Shown here: piece after piece, positions 57,079 through 64,000 of the stretch
How the letters are laid out: each line of letters opens with the position of its first letter
How positions within the stretch are numbered: position 1 is the first letter of the stretch
Source: Chloroflexia bacterium
GTDB taxonomy: Bacteria > Chloroflexota > Chloroflexia > Thermomicrobiales > UBA6265
Assembly: GCA_043427975.1 (NCBI GenBank)
Contig: JBHWTK010000013.1
Span: 95,404 to 159,403 of the forward strand
Reading direction: 5' to 3'
Length of the DNA stretch: 64,000 nt
Notes under the pieces: generated by a model
What the model saw: only the letters and a program-made list of their open reading frames with translations
Told to the model about the DNA's origin: nothing
The model's database searches: none
Program-made: the position numbers and the translations under genes

Positions 57079-58913
57079 TTCTTCTCTGCCTTGTCCGCGC
57101 TACTACCCAGGCTCAGAACAGCCATAAAGGCTTCCTGCGGGATCTCGACGCTGCCCACCATTTTCATGCGGGCCTTGCCTTCTTTCTGCTTCTCAAGCAG
57201 TTTTCGCTTGCGGCTCACATCGCCGCCGTAGCACTTGGCAAGCACGTTCTTGCGCATGGCCTTCACTGTCTCGCGGCTGATAATTCGGCTGCCAATGCTG
57301 GCCTGGATGGGCACATCGAACATTTGGCGAGGGATCAGTTTGCGCAGGCTTTCCACCAGCTGCCGACCCTTGTAATAGGCGTCATCGCGGTGGCAGATCA
57401 TGCTCAGCGCGTCGACACTGGCGCCGTTCACCAGCACATCGAGCTTGACCAGGTTGGCGGCACGCATATCGGCAAACGAGTAGTCGAGGCTGGCGTATCC
57501 CTGAGTGCGGCTCTTGAGCTGGTCGTAGAACTCGATGATGAGTTCAGCGAGCGGAATCTCGTACTTCAGCTGTACGCGGTCCTCATCCAGGTACACCATG
57601 TCGCCGGGAATGGCCCGTTTGTTTGTGGTGAGGTCCATGATGGTGCCGATATAGCGGCTGGGCGCGATGATATTGAGCGCCATCCACGGCTCGCGGATCT
57701 CGGCGATGTGGCCGAAATCCGGCATGTCGGACGGGTTGTCGATTTTGCGAACCTCGCCGTTGTTGAGCTGCACCTCGTATTCCACGCTCGGCGCGGTGGC
57801 CAGAAGGTCGAGGTTGAACTCGCGCTCCAGCCGCTCCTGGATGATCTCCATGTGGAGCAGTCCGAGGAAGCCGCAACGGAACCCGAATCCCAATGCCGCC
57901 GAGCTCTCCGCTTCGTAGGTCAGGCTGGCGTCATTGAGTTGCAGGCGCTCCAGCGCGTCGCGCAGGTCGGGGAACTCCTCGGAATCGACCGGGTAAAGGC
58001 CGGCGAAGACCATTGCCTTGGCGGGCTGGTAGCCCGGCAGGGGCGTTTCGGCGGGGTTGTCGGCGAGGGTGATCGTATCGCCCACCTGGACGTCCTTAAC
58101 CACCTTCAGGCCGGTGGCGATATAGCCTACCTCACCGGTGCGCAGCACATCGACAGCGGTCATGGCCGGGTTGAAATACCCGATTTCCAGCGTGTCCGCA
58201 TGCTTCTTTGTGCCCATCACGCGGACACGCTCGTCGGAGCGAAGTTCGCCGTCAACGATCTTCACATACGCGATCACGCCCTTGAACGCATCGTAGTGAC
58301 TATCAAATACCAACGCCCGCAGCGGTTTGTTGCCGCCTTCCGCGTTTGGTGCCGGGATGTACTTCACAATTGCTTCGAGGATGTCTTCAACGCCCTGGCC
58401 GGTTTTGGCACTGGCGGGGATGATCTCGTCGTCGATGAGGCCAATGAAATCGCCGACCTCTTTGCTAACACGTTCGGGATCGGCGTTCGGCAGGTCGATC
58501 TTGTTGATAACCGCGATCATGGCCAGTTCGTGCTCGAGGGCGAGATAGACGTTCGCCATGGTCTGGGCCTCGATCCCCTGGGCGGCGTCCACCACGAGCA
58601 GCGCACCTTCACAGGCAGCGAGGCTACGGCTGACCTCGTAGCTGAAGTCGACGTGGCCCGGGGTATCGATCAGGTTGAGTTCGTACTCCTGGCCATCGCG
58701 GGCGGTGTAGCCCATGCGTACGGCGCGCGCCTTGATGGTGATGCCCTTCTCGCGTTCCAGGTCCATGGAATCCAGCATCTGCTCGTGCATATCGCGGTCG
58801 GCAACGGTACCGGTGCTTTGCAGCAGCCGGTCAGCCAGCGTCGATTTGCCGTGGTCGATATGGGCAATGATGCTGAAGTTACGAATATGGCTCGTGTCTA
58901 CGGGTGTGGTCAT
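57075..58913 (-). CDS. lepA: Elongation factor 4
   Basis: [32 protein letters not shown], and the LepA C-terminal domain (GYASLDY...[10 protein letters not shown]). Confidence 0.97.
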   Translation of the reverse strand: MTTPVDTSHIRNFSIIAHIDHGKSTLADRLLQSTGTVADRDMHEQMLDSMDLEREKGITIKARAVRMGYTARDGQEYELNLIDTPGHVDFSYEVSRSLAACEGALLVVDAAQGIEAQTMANVYLALEHELAMIAVINKIDLPNADPERVSKEVGDFIGLIDDEIIPASAKTGQGVEDILEAIVKYIPAPNAEGGNKPLRALVFDSHYDAFKGVIAYVKIVDGELRSDERVRVMGTKKHADTLEIGYFNPAMTAVDVLRTGEVGYIATGLKVVKDVQVGDTITLADNPAETPLPGYQPAKAMVFAGLYPVDSEEFPDLRDALERLQLNDASLTYEAESSAALGFGFRCGFLGLLHMEIIQERLEREFNLDLLATAPSVEYEVQLNNGEVRKIDNPSDMPDFGHIAEIREPWMALNIIAPSRYIGTIMDLTTNKRAIPGDMVYLDEDRVQLKYEIPLAELIIEFYDQLKSRTQGYASLDYSFADMRAANLVKLDVLVNGASVDALSMICHRDDAYYKGRQLVESLRKLIPRQMFDVPIQASIGSRIISRETVKAMRKNVLAKCYGGDVSRKRKLLEKQKEGKARMKMVGSVEIPQEAFMAVLSLGSSADKAEKK

Positions 58914-59010
58914 ATGGTGAGGGTACGTCCATGATTATCTGAGGGCAGCCGGTCGCACATGCGTCAGGCATGCCTGCGCAGAAAGCTCTACAAGTATAGC
59001 CAGTTTGATC

Positions 59011-60669
59011 TTACATGCCGGGGATTCGGGCGCGGATGCTGGCCGGGACCATGCCCGACACGCGGTTGACTACCATCACCAGCTCGGGCACCCGCAGGGC
59101 CCAGGCGGCCCACGCGAAGGTGGTGATATACAGCGCGATGCACAGCCCGAAGTACACGAGGTGCACGATAAAGCTGGCATCGCTTTCCAGCACGCCGTTG
59201 AGCCACGGGCGCGATATGCCAATCACTACGCCCATTAATGCCGACGCGGCAACAACGCGCATGAGCCAGCCGAAGAACCCGCTGCTGAAGATCCGGCCGC
59301 TGCGTGCCTTGAGGAAGAGCATCATGATCACCGCCTCGGCGGCAGTGGTGACGCTGAGCGCGATCGCCAGGCCCTCCACCCCGAGTGAATCCATCAGCAG
59401 GCGACAGAGGATGATGTTCAGGATCACCGTGAGAATGCCGGTCGTCACCGGCGTTCGGGTGTCCTTCATCGCATAGAACACGCGGGTCACAATTTCTGTC
59501 AGGCCATAGCCGACCAGTCCGAGCGCAAACCAGCGGAAGGCCCCGGCGACGATGTCGGTCGACTGGCTCGTAAAGCGACCGCCTTCGAAAATGATCATGA
59601 TGATCGCCCGGCCCGCCATCACCATGCCGACACTTGCCGGAATACTGAGGAAGAGCAGGGGACGCATGGTGCGATCTAGCAGCCGGGCAAAGCCATCCTG
59701 GTCCCCACGGCCGAAGAGTGCTGCCAGGCTGGGAAACGCCACGGTGCTCATGCTGAGCGCCAGCACGCCGTGCGGCAGCATCAGCAGCAACCAGGCGTAG
59801 TTGAGGCCGGACACATACTGCGCCCCGAGCAGCGAGGCAAACATGGTGACGAAGATGAAGTTAACCTGGAAGGCGGCCAGGCCGAGCACACGTGGGCCAA
59901 GCAGCCGCAACACTTCGCCGAGCCCTTCAATGGTGCGGTCGAGGGTGGGCCGGAAGGTGAGCCCGGTGCGAATGACCGCCGGCAGTTGCAACAGCATTTG
60001 CGCCAGCGCCCCGATGATGACGCCCCACACCACCGCCTGGATACCGAAACGATCGGCGAAGAAATACGCCGCCACGATAATGGCGAGGTTGTACAGCACC
60101 GGAGCGAACGCCGGCCACGCAAACTGGTTCTGCGCCTCCAGGATCCCCTTGCAGGCGATAGCCAGGCCAAGGAATACCGGTGAAAGCAACAGCGGCCGCA
60201 TAAGGTCGACGGTGAGCTGGTGTGTTGCCTCGTCGTAGCCGGGAGCCACGAGCGATGTCAGCGGACCTGCGAACACGAACGCTATCCCGCTCAGGGCGAG
60301 GATGCCAATACCGGTCCAGGTGAGGATCGACGACGCCAGCCGTGAGGCCCCTTCGCGATCGTCCCGATCGATAAAGCCCGCGAATACGGGGATAAATGCC
60401 GCCCCGAACGCGCCGCTCATCACCACGAGGAAGAGCAAGTCGGGTATCCGGAAGGCGGCCGCGTACGCGTCCATCTCCATACTCGTGCCGAACTTGCGGG
60501 CAAGGACCATCTCGCGCAGCAACCCGAGTACCCGGCTCAACACATACGCGACCGCTACGATGGCAGCACTACGCAGCATACCGCTGCCAGTTGCGACCGC
60601 TCCCGACTGCTGTTCCGGTTCAGATTGCTGTGTGGTGTGGCGTCCGAAGACCTGGCTGGCCTGACTCAT
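59011..60669 (-). CDS. murJ: Lipid II flippase MurJ (MviN)
   Basis: 14-TM MOP-family pattern with SRVLGLLREMVLARKFG near the N-terminus. ATG 60669 preferred; the track start is 60705. Confidence 0.9.
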   Translation of the reverse strand: MSQASQVFGRHTTQQSEPEQQSGAVATGSGMLRSAAIVAVAYVLSRVLGLLREMVLARKFGTSMEMDAYAAAFRIPDLLFLVVMSGAFGAAFIPVFAGFIDRDDREGASRLASSILTWTGIGILALSGIAFVFAGPLTSLVAPGYDEATHQLTVDLMRPLLLSPVFLGLAIACKGILEAQNQFAWPAFAPVLYNLAIIVAAYFFADRFGIQAVVWGVIIGALAQMLLQLPAVIRTGLTFRPTLDRTIEGLGEVLRLLGPRVLGLAAFQVNFIFVTMFASLLGAQYVSGLNYAWLLLMLPHGVLALSMSTVAFPSLAALFGRGDQDGFARLLDRTMRPLLFLSIPASVGMVMAGRAIIMIIFEGGRFTSQSTDIVAGAFRWFALGLVGYGLTEIVTRVFYAMKDTRTPVTTGILTVILNIILCRLLMDSLGVEGLAIALSVTTAAEAVIMMLFLKARSGRIFSSGFFGWLMRVVAASALMGVVIGISRPWLNGVLESDASFIVHLVYFGLCIALYITTFAWAAWALRVPELVMVVNRVSGMVPASIRARIPGM

Positions 60670-60896
60670 ATGCCGGATTATCCCACCTGTCGCCGCTCTG
60701 CGCACGGACGGCTGGGTAGCACGTCCTCCGTCGCTGTCGACCGGTCACCAGGAGTCGACAATCTGCCTGCATTCACGCTACAATCTCTGGAGCCCTTGTG
60801 TCTGGGGCGGTATTACTGTGTGCTTGGAAATCGCGCGGCGCAACGCATCCTCTCAATAGTTGGCCGACGCACATTGTTTTTTGGGAAGGCCGAACA

Positions 60897-61166
60897 TTGG
60901 CAAATAGCAAATCCGCTCGCAAGCGCATCCGCACAGCCGAGCGCAACCGACTTCAGAACCGCGTATACCGCTCTGCAGCCCGCACCCTGGTGAAGAAGGC
61001 CGAACTGGCCATCACTGCCGGTGACCAGGAAGCTGCGACAACCGCCGTTGGCAATGCCGTGCGCATGCTCGACCGCGCGTACAGCAAGAATGTGATTCAT
61101 CGCAACAACGCTGCCCGTCGCAAGAGCCGCCTGATCGCGAAGTTCAGCAGCGCTTTCAGCGCCTAG
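60897..61166 (+). CDS. rpsT: 30S ribosomal protein S20
   Basis: (M)ANSKSARKRIRTAERNRLQNRVYRSA... TTG start at 60897 with a GGGAAGG SD. The track ORF from 60798 is an upstream extension. Confidence 0.9.
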   Translation: MANSKSARKRIRTAERNRLQNRVYRSAARTLVKKAELAITAGDQEAATTAVGNAVRMLDRAYSKNVIHRNNAARRKSRLIAKFSSAFSA

Positions 61167-61194
61167 AACCGCATCTTAGCGATATCACCCGGTA

Positions 61195-61228
61195 GCCCTG
61201 TCGCTTCGGCGGCGGGGCTGTTGCTGTT
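61195..61228 (+). terminator. Intrinsic terminator of rpsT (UUCG tetraloop)
   Basis: GCCCTGTCGC-TTCG-GCGGCGGGGC (two G-U pairs) followed by TGTTGCTGTT. It abuts the 3' end of convergent holA. Confidence 0.7.
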
Positions 61229-62255
61229 AACGGCGATGGGCAACCGCCTGCCGCATGCGGGCAATGCGCAAGATGGTGTCGTACAGCGCATCCAGCGGAT
61301 CCTTGAGCTGGCCGGTCTTGAACTTGCGGTCGGCCTCGCTGGCAATGCGTGAACGTGTTTGCGCAACACCCGGGCTCATGCCTGCCAGGTTGCGCTGCAT
61401 CGATTGCACCTGGCGCGGGTTCTTTGCGCCCATATCGGTGGCAATCGCGTTCGCCTGGCGCCGTCCGCCCGCGGCCACCACCGAGGCGATCTCAATGTTG
61501 CCGGCCAACTGAGCCAGCAACTTGGCGGGATCTTCACCAACGGCAAGCAGCTTGTGCAGTTCCTGCATCGCCACAGGTAGGTTGCCGTTCCCCGCAGCAT
61601 CAAGAAATGCGAAAATCTGGTCCTGCTCCTCACGAGGCGTCATTGCGCGAACCGTATCCTGCGTGACCGGGCCCGGATGGGCTGCCAGCACCAGCTTATG
61701 GATCTCGTTCTCGAGCATTTCCATGTCCGGCGGGCGGTCATACAGCGGATTAGCGGGCTCGTTGCTCCAGTTCTGCGGGAAGAGCGTCATCGCAAGGTCT
61801 TGCGCGGTGGCCTTGTCCATACTTCCACCCGCGCCCTTGGCGGTGCGGATCATCCAGTCGACCAGGGCCGGGCCACGGAGTGGCTTTGAGTATTCCACGA
61901 TAGCGCCCGAAGGCAGCGGCTTCTTTGCCAGGGCAGGAAGTTCGGCAAGGGACGGGTCGATAAGGATCAATGTGCTGGCATCAGGTACAGCAGCATAGAG
62001 GCTGGCCCAGTCGGGAGCGTTGCCGTTCTCCTTGGATCCCTGTTTGCCTAGCCGGGCGATGAGGTTTTCCACCACCACAACGCGGCCTGCCGAGAAGAAT
62101 CCGATGCTGGAGATATCCCCGATCACGGCCGGTATGCTCACGGAGCTGCCATCCAGCCAGGATGTGCTCTGGCCACCCGGATCGCGATCGGCAAGCACAC
62201 GCTTCAGCGTGCGACGTGCCAAACCGGCATCGGGACCGAGAATTATCACGATCAT
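61227..62255 (-). CDS. holA: DNA polymerase III subunit delta
   Basis: 342 aa. N-terminal IVIILGPD..L......FFSAGRVVVVEN pattern and a helical C-terminal region. Confidence 0.8.
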   Translation of the reverse strand: MIVIILGPDAGLARRTLKRVLADRDPGGQSTSWLDGSSVSIPAVIGDISSIGFFSAGRVVVVENLIARLGKQGSKENGNAPDWASLYAAVPDASTLILIDPSLAELPALAKKPLPSGAIVEYSKPLRGPALVDWMIRTAKGAGGSMDKATAQDLAMTLFPQNWSNEPANPLYDRPPDMEMLENEIHKLVLAAHPGPVTQDTVRAMTPREEQDQIFAFLDAAGNGNLPVAMQELHKLLAVGEDPAKLLAQLAGNIEIASVVAAGGRRQANAIATDMGAKNPRQVQSMQRNLAGMSPGVAQTRSRIASEADRKFKTGQLKDPLDALYDTILRIARMRQAVAHRR

Positions 62256-62581
62256 GGGGAGGGCTCCTGCGATGGAACGGACCGGTTCACCAGGCGCATG
62301 CGTGTGCGGAACCTTGAACCTGAATAATCAGGTGGGTGCCACGGACTCCTGCGGGCCGCGGCCTGCAGGCGAGCGGCTCCCGGCTCCAAAACATTGGCTC
62401 AAGACCACATTGCAGAGGCGCTGGCAGAACCGGCCAGAGCCATATGCTAGCACCGAACGCCCGGCGGTTCAACGGGAGCCTGTATGATTTCTACACGCGG
62501 CACAACCGCCGCAACACAGAGACTTACATGCGGTGCACCTCCGTTCGCCGCCCCGGCCCGCCTTTTCAGAAAGGGTTCCCC

Positions 62582-63841
62582 ATGACATTTGCACGCGAAA
62601 ATTCCCGCCGCGTGGTCGTAACTGGCGCAGGTGCGCTGTGTGCCATCGGTAACACCGTTCCGGGCATCTGGCAGGCCGCCATCAACGGCGTCAGCGGCAT
62701 TGCGCCGATCACGCGCTTTGATGCAACCGGATACGAAACCACATTTGCCGGTGAGGTGAAGGGCTTTGATGCGGCTGCCGAGGTCGGCAAGAAAGATGCC
62801 CGCCGCCTCGACAGGTTCAGCCAGTTCGCGATCGTCGCATCCCGGCAGGCCGTGGCCCAGTCGGGGCTGGATATCAGCGCCGAGCCGGAACGTGTCGGCG
62901 TGCTCATCGGCACCGGGATGGGCGGCATGGAAACCTTCGAGGCCGGTGCCGAGAACCTGCTCAATGGCGGCCCTCGCCGCGTATCGCCGTTCTTCGTGCC
63001 GATGATGCTGGCGAATATGGCCAGCGGCAACGTGGCGATCGACCTCGGCGCCAAGGGCCCGAATTACGCCCCGGTCAGCGCTTGTGCCGCCAGCGCGCAC
63101 GCTATTGGCGAAGGTACCCTGATGATCCGCAACGGCATCGCTGATGTGGTGGTCGCCGGAGGTGCGGAGGCCCCAATTACCCGCCTTGGCGTGGCCGGGT
63201 TCGGCAGCATGGGTGCCCTGAGCACCCGCAACGATGACCCGCAGCGCGCCAGCCGACCGTTTGATGCCGGGCGGGATGGATTCGTGCTCGCCGAAGGTGC
63301 GGCGTCCCTGGTGCTGGAATCGCTGGAGCACGCCCTCGCGCGCGGTGCAACGATCCTCGCCGAGGTGATCGGTTACGGCATCACCGATGATGCCAACCAT
63401 ATGGTGCAGCCGGCGCCGGGCGGCGAAGGCGGGGCCAGAGCCATGCGCCTGGCGATGGCGGATGCGGGTGTCGGGCCGGACGATATCGATTACATCAATG
63501 CCCACGGCACCAGCACCCCGCTGAACGAGAAGCTGGAAACGGCAGGGATTAAGGCGGCGCTGGGAGCGGCGGCGTACAAGGTGCCGATCAGCAGCACCAA
63601 ATCGATGACGGGTCACCTGCTGGGCGCGGCCGGTGCCCTTGAGGCCGCGATTACGGTACAGGCGCTGCAACAGGGCATCCTCCCGCCAACGATCAACCAG
63701 ATTGAGAGTGATCCGGAGTGCGACCTCGATTACGTGCCGAACGTCGCGCGGGAAGTGCCGATCTCGGTGGCGATGAGCAACAGCATGGGATTCGGCGGCC
63801 ACAACGTGAGCCTCATTTTCGCGAAGGCCGGGTCGCGTTGA
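62582..63841 (+). CDS. fabF: 3-oxoacyl-[acyl-carrier-protein] synthase II
   Basis: RRVVVTGAGALCAIG, active-site SACAASAHAIG, NAHGTSTPLNE, TGHLLGAAG, GFGGHN. Start re-picked at ATG 62582. Confidence 0.95.
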   Translation: MTFARENSRRVVVTGAGALCAIGNTVPGIWQAAINGVSGIAPITRFDATGYETTFAGEVKGFDAAAEVGKKDARRLDRFSQFAIVASRQAVAQSGLDISAEPERVGVLIGTGMGGMETFEAGAENLLNGGPRRVSPFFVPMMLANMASGNVAIDLGAKGPNYAPVSACAASAHAIGEGTLMIRNGIADVVVAGGAEAPITRLGVAGFGSMGALSTRNDDPQRASRPFDAGRDGFVLAEGAASLVLESLEHALARGATILAEVIGYGITDDANHMVQPAPGGEGGARAMRLAMADAGVGPDDIDYINAHGTSTPLNEKLETAGIKAALGAAAYKVPISSTKSMTGHLLGAAGALEAAITVQALQQGILPPTINQIESDPECDLDYVPNVAREVPISVAMSNSMGFGGHNVSLIFAKAGSR

Positions 63842-63951
63842 GGCGTTGGGAGCGGCGAGGCGTAACCTCGCACGGTTGGGCCCGGGCGGACACTTAGGTC
63901 CGCCGCTACAAGCGTGGAATGGCGGGGGCGAACCCACAGGATCGACGTAGG

Positions 63952-63982
63952 GGCGGATCCGACCGTAGTCGGTATCCGCCCT
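63952..63982 (+). terminator. Candidate terminator hairpin downstream of fabF
   Basis: GGGCGGAT-CCGAC-CGTA-GTCGG-T-ATCCGCCC followed by TTGG. A smaller hairpin, GGCGGAC-ACTTAG-GTCCGCC, lies at 63886..63905. Confidence 0.35.
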
Positions 63983-64000
63983 TGGCGGAGAAGGTGGTCT

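Noticed and set aside
58914-59010. Near-palindrome containing CAGGCATGCCTG between lepA and murJ, considered as a terminator or operator
   Set aside because: The flanking arms do not extend the pairing and there is no U-tract. The evidence is too weak to call a feature.

Overview
GC-rich bacterial chromosomal segment, densely packed with genes on both strands. I found no rRNA, tRNA, CRISPR array, transposase or prophage gene. The gene set points to a monoderm-type, F420-using lineage, possibly Chloroflexota/Thermomicrobia-like; this is inference only, with no database search. That gene set is a T-box leader on ileS, hemQ/chdC, menA, an LPXTG sorting signal, FemX next to murE, and LLM-class and DDN-class deazaflavin enzymes.

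Most of the window is housekeeping:
- Translation and nucleic-acid genes: glyQS, ileS, aspS, lepA, rpsT, rluB-like, rph, rarA, holA, xerC/D-type recombinase.
- Metabolism: ald, ispG, cmk, plsC, argG, hemQ, fabF.
- Envelope: murE, murJ, a D-Ala-D-Ala carboxypeptidase, an rseP-like protease.
- Transport: an SsuABC-like ABC transporter operon that continues into menA.

The non-routine content is:
1. A cell-surface block at 28.4-35.9 kb. It holds a secreted CAP-domain protein with five Ig-like repeats and a Pro/Glu/Thr tail, then a 1.1-kb palindrome-rich non-coding spacer. Next comes a large LPXTG-anchored protein with four ~321-bp tandem repeats and a 1-nt frameshift, followed by a PglC-like/PglD-like gene pair.
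2. A tightly coupled three-gene operon of unknown function at 46.8-49.9 kb: a 43-aa HTH-like peptide, a 623-aa protein with an acidic linker, and a HEAT-repeat protein. It sits directly upstream of femX-murE.
3. A HisC-fold protein that has lost the PLP-binding lysine, translationally coupled to a metallophosphoesterase.
4. A deazaflavin-dependent (DDN-family) gene broken by an exact 10-bp tandem duplication.
5. A clear T-box leader with an intrinsic terminator upstream of ileS.

Many long ORFs in the supplied track are antisense shadows of real genes or upstream extensions of them. Starts were re-picked using Shine-Dalgarno sequences, signal peptides and 4-bp ATGA/GTGA overlaps.
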